IMG/VR virus record: IMGVR_UViG_3300025922_000001
Reading direction: 5' to 3' (one strand)
DNA length: 64,000 nt
Source of the DNA: an uncultured virus (IMG/VR IMGVR_UViG_3300025922_000001)
Lineage: Duplodnaviria > Heunggongvirae > Uroviricota > Caudoviricetes
Shown: one piece after another, positions 1 through 9,630 of the stretch
Layout of the letters: every line of letters starts with the position of its first letter
Position numbering within the stretch: the stretch's first letter is position 1
The notes under the pieces: generated by a model
Told to the model about the DNA's origin: nothing
Seen by the model: the letters and a program-made list of their open reading frames with translations, nothing else
The model's database searches: none
Made by a program: the position numbers and the translations under genes

Positions 1-231
1 GCTCGGATACGATTGCGAGCATCGTTCTTGATGACCTCGGCGTCACCTCGACCCTTGATGTCGCTGGTGCCGACACCGAAGCCCCAGTGCGCGATGCCGA
101 TGCTGCCGAAGACGACGATCACCACGATGGTAAGAACACCGAGCCAACCGATGCCCTTGGCGGTCTGCCTGACCGGCTTGTATTCGAAGTCCTCTTCGCG
201 ATCGTCCCAACTCTTGGACACTTATTCTCCT

Positions 232-579
232 CTAGAAAATGTCCCACGAGATTCCGCACGCGAGACAGATTTCGCTGTTATTCTCGACGATGATATCCGT
301 CGCCGAACAGCCTGGGCACTTCTTGCGTGCTTTCTTCTTACCGACGAGTTCTCGCTGGTAAGCACTCATCCCGCCCCACACACCAAAGTCGATGCCTTGG
401 TCCAGTGCGTACATCAAACACTCAGCTCGCACGTGGCAAAAATTACACAACTGGCGTGCTTGTGGCGGTGGGTAGGGTGGTTCATCATCGGCATCTCCCG
501 GTGTGATGAACACGTCAAGTGGTGCGTCAATGCACGCGCGGTTGGGATCACTCAAAAAGTCACTTGACGCGTTCATCAC
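232..579 (-). CDS. whiB: WhiB-family transcription factor with C-terminal Zn ribbon
   Basis: C..C..C....C pattern (RAC...LCNFCHVRAECL) plus GVWGG motif. Confidence 0.9.
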   Translation of the reverse strand: MMNASSDFLSDPNRACIDAPLDVFITPGDADDEPPYPPPQARQLCNFCHVRAECLMYALDQGIDFGVWGGMSAYQRELVGKKKARKKCPGCSATDIIVENNSEICLACGISWDIF

Positions 580-618
580 AACTCCGGTTGTGCTCGTCTC
601 CGGCCGGTGATGCGTGCG

Positions 619-1017
619 TTAGAGCTCGGTGAGCTCTGCTCGGTACACCGTGCCGGCGTCCGAACGCAGGAGCACAGTCCCGTCGACCAACTCGCCGACG
701 AACTCGTAGACCGTCGGTCCGGCCGCCCTGGCCTTCGCTCGTGCTTCACGAGCACCAGTGGTGACGGTTGCCGTTGAAGTCTCAGTGTCACGCGCCGAGG
801 AGGCCTTAGGACGCGTGCTGTACGACCACGAGTTGGCCGGAACCACGATGGTGAAGTAATCGCTCGTCGGCTCGATGGTCGAAAACCTTCGCATCACATT
901 GCGAACTTGGCCCTGCGTGAGGTCGAGTGCGTTGGCCAGTTCGGTCGCGCTGACCGGCACATCCGGGTGAGTCTTCATGTACTCGAAGACCTTGTCACCG
1001 ATGCGTGCTGCACCCAT
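619..1017 (-). CDS. winged-helix DNA-binding protein, hypothetical
   Basis: VSATELANALDLTQGQVRNVMRR HTH-like segment; AGGAGAGC RBS upstream. Confidence 0.6.
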   Translation of the reverse strand: MGAARIGDKVFEYMKTHPDVPVSATELANALDLTQGQVRNVMRRFSTIEPTSDYFTIVVPANSWSYSTRPKASSARDTETSTATVTTGAREARAKARAAGPTVYEFVGELVDGTVLLRSDAGTVYRAELTEL

Positions 1018-1058
1018 GTGGCTCTCCTTAATTCCGTGATGTGTGGTGGAGTACTACG

Positions 1059-1117
1059 TGCCCCGGCGGGGATTCGAACCCTCTTTAGTCCGTTAGTCCG
1101 GTACTAAGTTTCCGAGG
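1059..1117 (-). ncRNA. degenerate tRNA-like element lacking a D arm
   Basis: Acceptor GCCTCGG/CCGGGGC, T loop GGGTTCGAATCCC, single central hairpin. Confidence 0.45.
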
Positions 1118-1222
1118 CCTAGATGGTACGGGTTTTGTTAGCGTGGCCTTTGCATGATTGTCCCATACCCAGCCGAGGTCGGCCCCGAAGGTCGATAACG
1201 AAGGCCAGCCCCGGTTTTATCG

Positions 1223-1294
1223 TAGTCCCAACGGGGATCGAACCCGTGTTTCCGGAGTGAAAATCCGGCGTCTTTGCCACTGGACGATGGGACC
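1223..1294 (-). tRNA. tRNA-Glu(TTC)
   Basis: Full cloverleaf: GGTCCCA acceptor, CCGGA-TT TTC AC-TCCGG anticodon arm, GGTTCGATCCC T arm. Confidence 0.92.
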
Positions 1295-1422
1295 TTGGGT
1301 CGGCACACGCTTTGTGCGCACTCCACGCATGCGAACCCAGGTTACTTCTTGCTGCGAGACCATCAGTTTCCTCTGTCTCTTGACATACGTTCACACTGGT
1401 GATCAACTCCAGTGTTGCAGCG

Positions 1423-1494
1423 TAGCGATGGGAGGAATCGAACCTCCGCCTGCCGAATTATGAGTTCGGTGCTCTACCCCTGAGCTACATCGCC
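1423..1494 (-). tRNA. tRNA-Met/Ile2(CAT)
   Basis: Cloverleaf GGCGATG..TAGCTCAGGGGTAGAGC..CCGAA-CT CAT AA-TTCGG..GGTTCGATTCC. Confidence 0.92.
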
Positions 1495-1598
1495 AATGCG
1501 CGTTCAAGTTATCACTGATGACCGTCAGTGGTCTCGCACACGCACCGGGAGCGGTCACTCCCTAAGTTCATTCCTCGTTTTCTGACGAGGCGAACCTG

Positions 1599-1668
1599 TG
1601 GGCCCGGGAGGACTTGAACCTCCCACCTTCCCGTTGTCGAGATGCTCATCCCTGTGAGCTACGGGCCC
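1599..1668 (-). ncRNA. tRNA-like RNA with a 4-nt loop in place of the anticodon loop
   Basis: Perfect acceptor GGGCCCG/CGGGCCC, D arm GCTC..GAGC, T arm GGAGGTTCAAGTCCTCC; anticodon arm TCTCG-ACAA-CGGGA. Confidence 0.75.
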
Positions 1669-1735
1669 TTGGTTGGCCCGCTGGACTCTGGGTCTTTCCC
1701 CTCACCAGAGTCCAGCGGAGCCGTTATTTCATCTC

Positions 1736-2728
1736 CTAGCGAGCCAGGAGAAGTTGTGCCGTGCGGTTGACGTACTTGTTGGTGTCGCCGGACAGACCGC
1801 TCGTGAAGACCGACGCGGCAGTGCGCGTGCCTTCGTTCCGCTGCCACTGGAAGTACTCGCTGACGGCGTTCATCGCGCCCCAGCCGGTACCACCGAAGCC
1901 GACGACCGGGCTCTCGGCGAATGCCGACTGGATCGCCTTGATCTGGTCGTCACGACGAGGCTTGTCCGGGAGAACCCGCTTGAGCACGGTGTCGAAGTCG
2001 TCGGCCGAGACGGAGACCGAACCGAGCTGCTTCGCCATCCCGGCGAACACCTTGGCGTACTCGGTCGAGTTCTTGAGCGTGTCCTGCGCGGCGGCGAGCT
2101 TCTTCGCCGTGTCGCCGACGTGCTTGATGGACCAGCGCTGCTTCGCATTCTTGCTGAACGAGCGAAGTCCAAGCTGGTTCATGCACAGGCCACGAAGCGG
2201 CATGAGGCTGACTTCCACGGCCTTGCTGAGGTCGTGTGACGTGCGCAGCACGAGGTACAGATCGTGCGGGTCGGCGATACCGTTGATCTCGACGTCCATG
2301 TGCTTGAGACCGTCGAGCTGCACGACCATGAAGCCCTGCTTGCCACCGCCGAACGAACCCGCCGAAACGAAGTCCGGGCTGATGCTGTCCATGAACTCGA
2401 ACGCTTCACGGTACTGCACCACCTTGTATCCGGTGGAGACGACCGAGAAGAAGTCGTCGGTGTCGTGTCGAACGACGGCCTTCCGGTTCGGCACCGTCTT
2501 GGTCGTCTTGCCCGAGCGGTAACTGATCGAGCGGAGCTCGACATCGAAGTCGATCCCGCCCATGCGAGCAGCCTCAGCCGCGGTCACCTTGGGGGTGTCG
2601 ATCACGGTGCCGACCTTCATCCACGGGAGCTGTCGGGCGCTGAAGGAGACATCGCCGGTCTTGTTGGCGTACTCGACATCGGTGGCGGTGGGCGCGATCT
2701 CGGTGGTCGTCTCGAGCGTGGCGGTCAT
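1736..2728 (-). CDS. DUF932/DUF945-family phage protein
   Basis: PW..G, Y.VVQY.EAFEFMD, YLVL..SHD, P.R..C.NQL, GT.WGA.NAV.EY motifs. Confidence 0.85.
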   Translation of the reverse strand: MTATLETTTEIAPTATDVEYANKTGDVSFSARQLPWMKVGTVIDTPKVTAAEAARMGGIDFDVELRSISYRSGKTTKTVPNRKAVVRHDTDDFFSVVSTGYKVVQYREAFEFMDSISPDFVSAGSFGGGKQGFMVVQLDGLKHMDVEINGIADPHDLYLVLRTSHDLSKAVEVSLMPLRGLCMNQLGLRSFSKNAKQRWSIKHVGDTAKKLAAAQDTLKNSTEYAKVFAGMAKQLGSVSVSADDFDTVLKRVLPDKPRRDDQIKAIQSAFAESPVVGFGGTGWGAMNAVSEYFQWQRNEGTRTAASVFTSGLSGDTNKYVNRTAQLLLAR

Positions 2729-2764
2729 TATCGTCTACCTTTCCTGGGTTCCTGTTGTCGTGCT

Positions 2765-2801
2765 TAAGACCACAGTATCACATCCACGTGATGATGTAAA
2801 C
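2765..2801 (-). promoter_or_regulatory. repeated early-type promoter
   Basis: GTTTACA-tcATCACgtggatGTGA-TACTGT-ggTCTTA, same consensus as the 35-54 kb promoters. Confidence 0.75.
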
Positions 2802-2825
2802 TAGGTCTTTGAAGACGGTAAAGGG

Positions 2826-2977
2826 GTACGACCCCAACGAGTTGGTCATAGGCCCGACCAAGGCCTCTCGCGCATCACATGCGTACCGACATGAAGTCAG
2901 TGAGCGGACCGGGGATTGAACCCGGTGGGGTACGATTACCCCGTAATCCATCGAAGCTTCCCGCTCTTGGGTCGTGC
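2826..2977 (-). ncRNA. promoter-driven structured RNA containing a tRNA-like domain (2901-2966)
   Basis: Closing stem GCACGACCCAA/TTGGGGTCGTAC; acceptor GAGCGGG/TCCGCTC; T arm CCGGGTTCAATCCCCGG; non-canonical arm GGGGTA-ATCG-TACCCC. Confidence 0.6.
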
Positions 2978-3001
2978 AATTTTGTTTTCGTTTTTCGGTG
3001 C

Positions 3002-3038
3002 TAAGACAAATCTAACAGGTCTTGCTTGTGGTGTAAAC
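3002..3038 (-). promoter_or_regulatory. repeated early-type promoter
   Basis: GTTTACA-N17-TAGATT-tGTCTTA with TG extension. Confidence 0.75.
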
Positions 3039-3112
3039 AGGCAATCTTAAGATCTTTGGGGGAGACCCCCACGCGCGCACGCCTGTGGACGTGGAACGTG
3101 CGCGCGTGAGGA

Positions 3113-3505
3113 TCAGCTCTCTGCGGACGCCTCTTCAGCGGCCGGCTCGGCGGTGACCTTCGGCTCGGGCTCGGGAAGCACGGTGCCCGGGAGTGCCCAG
3201 GTCTTGCCGTTCAGCTTCACGACAGCTTCCGCGTTACGCAGACGCCACAGCGAGAGGTACACCAGGTTGCCCTTGATGCCCAGCTTGGTTGCCAGCTCAT
3301 CACGAGTGGCCGGGCCCTCGCCGAGTGCGGCCAGCACGGAGTTGTCGCGCTCTACGGCAGCCGGATCACGCGGGCGACCCTTCGTGGTGGCCTCGGCCTC
3401 GGTGCTCTCGTCCGTCTCGGTGGCCTCAACCTCCGGGGCTTCCGGTGCTTCGGGCGCGTCAGTGAAGTCCGTCACGGTCTCTTCGGTCAGTTCGTCAGTG
3501 CTCAT
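3113..3505 (-). CDS. winged-helix DNA-binding protein with acidic N-terminus
   Basis: GPATRDELATKLGIKGNLVYLSLWRLR HTH-like segment; biased codon usage. Confidence 0.65.
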   Translation of the reverse strand: MSTDELTEETVTDFTDAPEAPEAPEVEATETDESTEAEATTKGRPRDPAAVERDNSVLAALGEGPATRDELATKLGIKGNLVYLSLWRLRNAEAVVKLNGKTWALPGTVLPEPEPKVTAEPAAEEASAES

Positions 3506-3553
3506 CTTTATCCTTCGTTCGGCGGCTGTGGTTCAGCCTTGCTTGTGACCTAC

Positions 3554-4789
3554 CTAGACAGTAACAGGTTGGCGTACAAGTTGTACACTAGCGGGGCGAT
3601 GAGATTCTTTCTTGATCAACCATTCACGGTCGCCAACGAGCTCGCCACCATCTGGACCTCGTTCACCGTCCAGTGCAGCCTTGGCTTGCTCGCCGATCCA
3701 TCGACCACATTGGGTTGAAATCCCCTTGCCCCAGGTCGCCTTCAGTGTTGCATTGTGACGAAGTGGATAGATGTTCCAGTCATCCGGGAAACCCATGATG
3801 CGTGCAACTTCACGGTGAGAGATGAAGCGGTTTTGCGTGGGGTGGAGTACGAGGTCCAGTGCACCACCCGTGATAACGCGTGCTGATCGTGAGTTGTCCC
3901 ACCTCGTCACCGAGATGAATCCCATGTGGAAATCCTTGCGAAGAAGCTTCTCCTTCATGTAGTCCCACGATGGAGGGAGCTTGTTGTACTTGTTATAGAA
4001 GTACTGAGCGAACCTGCCGACGTGCCAACTCTGTGGCCAGACCTCACCGTGTTGCAACCCCAGGTGTAGCAGGTCGAGAGTCCGTCGATGCGCGACGCCT
4101 GTCCGCGTTGTATGCCCGTCTACGCTGCTGGTTCTCTCGCGAGGCTTCTCTGACCACCAGGAGGCAGGTTGCCGATAGGGCTGCGGAAGCCAGGTCTGAG
4201 GGAGGTTCTCGATGTCACCAATGATATCGGGCAAAAGTGGCACTCTGATGCTCGATGGGTACTCAACACTGAACGGAAGCTGTGATGCCACCCAGAAGTA
4301 ACGCTTACGAACTGCCGCACCGCCAAGTTCGAGTGCATCGTGCATCACGTGATAAAGCCCGTACTTGAGTCCGCTCTTTTCCTCAAGATTCGCACGAAGC
4401 TCTTGCATGAGGACACGACCCTTGGAGTACGCCGGACGCACAGACTCCATAATGACGATTTGCGGCTTCATACGTGCTGCGTAGTCGGAGAGTGCCCACA
4501 TACACTCGCTGACCTTGGCATCAACACCACGATGCTTCTTGTCCGTCATTACAGACCAAGCAGAGCAAGGCGGGTTAGAAGTCAGCACTTCAGCATCTTT
4601 CACGATCCACGTTTTTGGGTCACCGACTTGCGAGGTCCAGTGTTGCCCGAGCACACCACGATTCGCTAGGCAGTTCGGCATACCGAAACCGCCCTTTTGC
4701 TCCACTTTGTGCACAAGTTCGAAGCCCGCCTCGACCATGCCGACGTCAAAGCCGCCCGCGAAGGTTTGTGACGCGACGAACTTATACAC
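3554..4789 (-). CDS. C5 cytosine DNA methyltransferase-like protein (divergent)
   Basis: FAGGF motif I-like, SNPPCSAWS catalytic PC, MESV (for ENV), R.RYF, RFISHREVARIMGFPDDW, GKG motif X-like. Confidence 0.8.
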   Translation of the reverse strand: MYKFVASQTFAGGFDVGMVEAGFELVHKVEQKGGFGMPNCLANRGVLGQHWTSQVGDPKTWIVKDAEVLTSNPPCSAWSVMTDKKHRGVDAKVSECMWALSDYAARMKPQIVIMESVRPAYSKGRVLMQELRANLEEKSGLKYGLYHVMHDALELGGAAVRKRYFWVASQLPFSVEYPSSIRVPLLPDIIGDIENLPQTWLPQPYRQPASWWSEKPRERTSSVDGHTTRTGVAHRRTLDLLHLGLQHGEVWPQSWHVGRFAQYFYNKYNKLPPSWDYMKEKLLRKDFHMGFISVTRWDNSRSARVITGGALDLVLHPTQNRFISHREVARIMGFPDDWNIYPLRHNATLKATWGKGISTQCGRWIGEQAKAALDGERGPDGGELVGDREWLIKKESHRPASVQLVRQPVTV

Positions 4790-4797
4790 GCTTACTC

Positions 4798-5394
4798 CTA
4801 AATATTCCTGCGTGACTGACCGCAGTAGACTTGGCGACTTACGTTATTAGGATCTGTCGCGGCGTAGCAATCAACCGTGTCTGCATAATCACGTGCACAT
4901 CCAGGACACGTCACTTCAGTGTTGACGATGAACATATCTGTCTCGCCGCAAAATGCAGGCGTGCCACTTACACGAGGCTCGGCAGGCGTGCAGATGAGAA
5001 CATCCTCGTAAGCACGCTTACAGCCAGGACACTTCGTTGACACGCCGTCGTACGTGCCACTGGACATGCGATCCCGGTTCACCTGCTGCTTGGCCTGGTA
5101 GGCAGCCTGCCACTCTTCGTCGGTGATGCCGATGGCGGTGAGAATGTTGGCCAAAAAGTGGCCAACGTCAACTGCTTCCTTCAGCGCGAGTTCACGATTG
5201 ACCCAACCGCGTGGTTGCGCCCAGGTCTTCCATCCAAATTCACTGAGGAGTTCGCCAGCCTCAAGCACGAGTGCCGAGTGATTCCACGTCACATAATCAG
5301 CGAGTGCATCACCCTCAGGAAGCGGAAGTTTAAAGCCAAACGACTTTTCCTGGAGTTCCTTCGTCGAAGCGAGCCACTCCCAATTGTCACTCAC
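4798..5394 (-). CDS. all-alpha dNTP pyrophosphatase (dimeric dUTPase/dCTPase-like) with C-terminal Cys-rich repeats
   Basis: E.GELL.E.GWK.W and KEAVDVGHFL motifs, Y.AK...N..R; GTG start overlaps upstream stop. Confidence 0.75.
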   Translation of the reverse strand: MSDNWEWLASTKELQEKSFGFKLPLPEGDALADYVTWNHSALVLEAGELLSEFGWKTWAQPRGWVNRELALKEAVDVGHFLANILTAIGITDEEWQAAYQAKQQVNRDRMSSGTYDGVSTKCPGCKRAYEDVLICTPAEPRVSGTPAFCGETDMFIVNTEVTCPGCARDYADTVDCYAATDPNNVSRQVYCGQSRRNI

Positions 5395-5980
5395 TTGCGA
5401 TCTTCTCCTCGTACTTCTCGTGAAGCGTTCCACCTGGGTGATAAGACCCAAGTTGTTCAGTGGTGAGTGCATCAGCGACATTACAGACGAGCGTGTTGAG
5501 GATCGCCAACTGGACCGCCACCGATACTGTAGGAATGGTTCCGTGCTTTGAACCATCCTCATCGATTTTGTACGTTAGTGCGATATTACACCGCTCAGCC
5601 AACTCACTTTGATGGTTACCCGTTACCGCTGCAGTGATGATGCTTCCATTACTGCTGTGCAATTCAGCAATGTGTTGTGCGTCAAGCACCTCCTCAGTCT
5701 GTCCAGAGTGGCTGATGAAGATAATGACGTTGCGATCAATCCGCGAGATCGTCCCGAGGCCACCGTGTAGAAAATCAGTGGTGTGGATTGCGGAAGCGTG
5801 GTAACCCACCGATTGCAAGAGTGACGCGCCTAGCTGCGCTACTCCAAACGACTTACCAACACCAGTAAGTGTCACAACACCGGTGAGTTCGATGCGTTCA
5901 CGAAGTTGCTTGACAACTTTATCATCGATATTGTACTCGAGCTGCCTAAGCGCATAAATCGTCTTGCTGATGACGTCCAC
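5387..5980 (-). CDS. SIS-domain sugar-phosphate isomerase, KdsD/GutQ (arabinose-5-phosphate isomerase)-like
   Basis: TGVGKS, HGGLG, ISHSGQTEE, PTVS and HPGGTL motifs. Confidence 0.85.
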   Translation of the reverse strand: MDVISKTIYALRQLEYNIDDKVVKQLRERIELTGVVTLTGVGKSFGVAQLGASLLQSVGYHASAIHTTDFLHGGLGTISRIDRNVIIFISHSGQTEEVLDAQHIAELHSSNGSIITAAVTGNHQSELAERCNIALTYKIDEDGSKHGTIPTVSVAVQLAILNTLVCNVADALTTEQLGSYHPGGTLHEKYEEKIASE

Positions 5981-7488
5981 TAGCCCACAATCTCCTTAAT
6001 CAGTTGAACACCGCGTGAAATCATGACTTCACGTTCACGCGGACTGTGGAGTGGTGCACCCGCGAGAAGAAGGCAACCTTCAGCGACTTGAAGCTGTTCA
6101 AGCGAAAAGTATCCCTCAAGAAACTCATCCATAGCTTTGATTTCATCAGCACGATCAGGCATCAGCACATTGTCATTATAGAACAAATTGTGTGTGATCG
6201 CTGAGAATCCGGCATGGTACGAGTACCGCAACTTCGCGATCTCATAGATCAGCGGCATGAACGGTGTGCCGCGTGGATCTACAAGCTTGCACGTACCTGT
6301 GTTGATGGAGTAAAGGATGTTGTTGAAGTTCAAATCACCGTGCGCACGCACCATTGATGCTGAGGTAAACACCTCACTTGCGCGCTCAAGCAAATCAAAA
6401 TGACGCGTCGCGAGCGCGTGATCAAGAGTGGTGAGTCGCTCAAGTGCTTTACCTGCGAACCATGATGCCACCCGAACTGCACTTGCAACTTCGTTATAAG
6501 ACTTGATTGACCACCATAGATCATGATCAAGACGGTCGGTCACAGACTGGAGAATCTGGACCCACGTATCGGGCCTCCCAGGCCAGTAGAGCCACAGTTC
6601 TGAGAGCGTAGGTAGATCGACGTACTCCATCGCATACCCACCGTCGAGTACACTACCGAAGTACCTCGGAATGAGGTTTGCCGACCTGTCTCCCATGGCC
6701 GATTGCTCAATCAGCCAATTTCGCTGTGCTGCGAACTGCTCTCCAGTGCCTCTCTTCGTAATAATACCTGCATCATCTAGTGAAAGCGTGTGCTCAGACC
6801 GCGCGATGAATCGGGTTCGACGTGCAATTGCGAGAGCGTGCACATCGCCAATGTCGAGCCACGTTGGAAACGCAATGGTTCTCGCAGTAGGGAAGCACGA
6901 GAGAAGTGGTCCCATGCCCACTTCATGCTCGTCGTTCAAGTTGGCGCGTGTCATTACCGTGCTGGCTTCACTGAGTAGCTCGATGGTGTCGGCAAAGTGG
7001 TATGCGCCAATGGTAACTGAATCCGCTACACGCACCTGCTTATCGACATACGTGCCATCATCTTCGCGCACACAAAATGAACGACTACCAACTGGTGTAA
7101 GTGCTTCACCGATCCACGTTCCCGAGTGTCGATCAAGCTTTTCCTCGATGAATGTGTCACTCATCAGAACGTACGTGTCGTGCTTGTGACGCTCTGGGCC
7201 CAATGCGTGCAGGCCTACGAGGATTGCATCCACCGGACCACGTGAAACGTTTTGCGGTACGACCTTGATGTCGTAATGCCCAGCGCGCTCGAGTGCAGTC
7301 TGGACCTGGATGTGCGTGGCCGGATTTGCCACGACGATGATGCGCACGCAATTAGCGGCACGCATCAACTCGATTTGGTGAAAGAGGTGAGGACGTTGGC
7401 CGATGGAAACGAGTGCTTTGCTGATCTGTGTTGAGAGCGGTCCGAGACGTGATGCCTTACCGCCGGCGAGAATGATTCCGTTGCTCAC
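5980..7488 (-). CDS. sugar nucleotidyltransferase fused to an APH/choline-kinase-like domain
   Basis: IILAGGKASRLGPLS..SKALV N-terminus, WLDIG; C-terminal HGDLNFNNI and LVDPRG. Confidence 0.85.
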   Translation of the reverse strand: MSNGIILAGGKASRLGPLSTQISKALVSIGQRPHLFHQIELMRAANCVRIIVVANPATHIQVQTALERAGHYDIKVVPQNVSRGPVDAILVGLHALGPERHKHDTYVLMSDTFIEEKLDRHSGTWIGEALTPVGSRSFCVREDDGTYVDKQVRVADSVTIGAYHFADTIELLSEASTVMTRANLNDEHEVGMGPLLSCFPTARTIAFPTWLDIGDVHALAIARRTRFIARSEHTLSLDDAGIITKRGTGEQFAAQRNWLIEQSAMGDRSANLIPRYFGSVLDGGYAMEYVDLPTLSELWLYWPGRPDTWVQILQSVTDRLDHDLWWSIKSYNEVASAVRVASWFAGKALERLTTLDHALATRHFDLLERASEVFTSASMVRAHGDLNFNNILYSINTGTCKLVDPRGTPFMPLIYEIAKLRYSYHAGFSAITHNLFYNDNVLMPDRADEIKAMDEFLEGYFSLEQLQVAEGCLLLAGAPLHSPREREVMISRGVQLIKEIVG

Positions 7489-8819
7489 AGATCGAGTCGC
7501 CTCTCAATGGTAGTGACACAACGCTGACGTTCGAGTTCACGCTTGAAGTGTTCGTACTGGACCCTCGCCAGCCACTCGTACGTGGAACGCGATGTCTTGA
7601 CTGCCTGGACCTTACGTGCGAGATCAGCAGGATCTTTGATGCGAAGCCACTTGTGCAAGTTGACCATGTCATCTGAGTAACGATCACCGTTGGGGAACAG
7701 AATATGATCCTGCGTGTCATAGAGTGGGTGAAAGAAACAGATGATGCCCGTGGCAAATGATTCCCATGGCTTTGCTGTCGCCCATCCTGATCCAGAGGAT
7801 GGGGTGGTGAAGGTGCACTTTGTCGTCTGCATCAAGTTGAAGATTTGGTTGTATGGGATTGGGTTGATTTCGGTGTTGAGCTTTGCTAGCGAGTCTTTCG
7901 ACCAGGTGCCATGAACCCAAGAAGGTCCGAGTGGTCGAACGTAGTGTTCCATGGCATGGAGTCGAGTGAGTTCGGGTCGCATACCATAGTTGCGTGCCTC
8001 GTTGATGAGGATTCCGAAATCGTGATCTCGATCTTCCCACCCGGCTGGAGCTTCCTCACCAAATCCTCGAGGAATCCCGACGAGTTCGAGTCCGGATCCC
8101 ACGTAAGTATCAGTCGTTCGCCACCGCTCTCCCATACCTTCGGCTCGTGCGTTAAACGTATCGAAACCGTGTTCTTGGGGAGTCCTAGTGTCGCCATAAC
8201 GCTCATTCCACTCGTCACGGGTCCAGTCGAACTGGCACAACACGGGATGACGCCGAGGCCACGCAAGATCACGAGACTTCAAGTAGTTGCGAGCATCAGG
8301 AAGAAGCCATACTTCCTCACGCTTTAGAGGATCAACATCACGCCACCGGTTGATTCCACGTGCAATGAACGACACGTACTCAACGAATGAGATTTGTGGG
8401 CTCGTGACGACGTTGCGGTTGTCCACCCTGGGAATGGGCGAGTTGCTTGTGCCGTGCTGTCCAAGCCAGAACACCATGCCATCGAGTGAATCGAACGTTG
8501 GGCCGGTGACACGGTCTAGCCGATCGATGCGATCTTGCAGTGATGCCTTTGCGTGAGAGCGTGCTTCGGCTCGCCACTCTTGCCACGGATTCGTGATGTT
8601 AGGCATGTGTGGCGCCCAACCGGAGTTCTTTCCGACGACGACGAATTCGACGTCAGGATTGCGAGTGGCTAGTTGCTCAAGTAGATACGGCGGCTCATTA
8701 TCTCCACCGGATTCACCCCACTTTTTCGGGTTAATCTCAATGACTCGTCCTAGCTTCCCATACCCAACACGCTTACGAAACGTAGGCATACAGTTCGTCC
8801 TTTCCGAATGATCTGTCAA
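7485..8819 (-). CDS. GT-B-fold glycosyltransferase-like protein, candidate nucleotide/DNA base sugar transferase
   Basis: GGDNE N-terminal motif; C-terminal TAKPWESFATGIICFFHPLYD; translationally coupled to sugar-nucleotide genes. Confidence 0.6.
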   Translation of the reverse strand: MTDHSERTNCMPTFRKRVGYGKLGRVIEINPKKWGESGGDNEPPYLLEQLATRNPDVEFVVVGKNSGWAPHMPNITNPWQEWRAEARSHAKASLQDRIDRLDRVTGPTFDSLDGMVFWLGQHGTSNSPIPRVDNRNVVTSPQISFVEYVSFIARGINRWRDVDPLKREEVWLLPDARNYLKSRDLAWPRRHPVLCQFDWTRDEWNERYGDTRTPQEHGFDTFNARAEGMGERWRTTDTYVGSGLELVGIPRGFGEEAPAGWEDRDHDFGILINEARNYGMRPELTRLHAMEHYVRPLGPSWVHGTWSKDSLAKLNTEINPIPYNQIFNLMQTTKCTFTTPSSGSGWATAKPWESFATGIICFFHPLYDTQDHILFPNGDRYSDDMVNLHKWLRIKDPADLARKVQAVKTSRSTYEWLARVQYEHFKRELERQRCVTTIERRLDL

Positions 8820-8949
8820 TTCCTCAACGCGCAGCGGGGCCTGACGTCTTGTGGCTACTCACGTCAGCTTACGTTCCACCAAGTAGAGCGCACTCTTGCT
8901 ATGCGATGCATGAGGCATTATCGGCGTGGAAACCCCTACGCAGATCGTA

Positions 8950-9630
8950 CTAGATGGGCATCTCCGGCGGAGGCGGCGAGCTATCCGCAGGTGCGGAGAC
9001 CTCCTCAGCAGACGGTGCCGGCTCGACCGGGGCAACTATCGGCGTAGCAGCCGGAGGTGCCACCGGGGCAGGCTGAGCCACCGGAGCGGGCGGCTGAGCC
9101 GGAGTCGGCGGCGCGACAGGCGCAGGAGGTGCAACCGGAGCCGGAGGTGCAACCGGACCAGACGAGACAGGAGGTGCGATAACGGGACCGGCGCTTGGCA
9201 TCCCCGCGACGGGCGCACCGGTGTAGGGCTTCACGCCCTTGACCTCATTGCGCATTTCACCGCCCCACTCCTTTTGGCCCAAAGTGAGACGAGCACGACG
9301 GCCAGTGAGAGCACCAGCGACAGGCTCGAGACTTCCAGCCGGACCAAGCTGTGCGAAGAACTCATCGGTGAGACCGAAGCACTTCATCTGACGGAAGAAG
9401 ATCGAGACAGCAATCGCATTGTCCAAGGAGAGCACGAAGTTGTTGATGATCGGACGGTTCATATGCGGGCCGGAGATGACCTTCATCTTCGCCTTGAGCA
9501 TCGGCTTGCCGTTGCCCGACGTCACAGCATCACAGGCGGTGACTTCGATGTCGTAGTCACCGTTGGGAAGAGGTTCGAAGCTGACTGTCTTCGCATCAGC
9601 AAGAGCCTTGCTGAAGTCAATCGTGGTCAT
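8950..9630 (-). CDS. DUF669-like single-stranded DNA-binding protein, Pro-rich tail
   Basis: FEPLPNGDYDIEV...TSGNGKPML...RNEVK; adjacent to Sak4-like ATPase. Confidence 0.75.
   Translation of the reverse strand: MTTIDFSKALADAKTVSFEPLPNGDYDIEVTACDAVTSGNGKPMLKAKMKVISGPHMNRPIINNFVLSLDNAIAVSIFFRQMKCFGLTDEFFAQLGPAGSLEPVAGALTGRRARLTLGQKEWGGEMRNEVKGVKPYTGAPVAGMPSAGPVIAPPVSSGPVAPPAPVAPPAPVAPPTPAQPPAPVAQPAPVAPPAATPIVAPVEPAPSAEEVSAPADSSPPPPEMPI

Noticed and set aside
1120..1220. Theta/HDV-like ribozyme downstream of tRNA-Glu
   Set aside because: Hairpins are present but I could not build the nested double pseudoknot by eye
1119..1463. ORFs overlapping the tRNA clusters (also 20274-20813) and long antisense ORFs elsewhere
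   Set aside because: Shadow ORFs of high-GC sequence over RNA genes or better-supported CDSs
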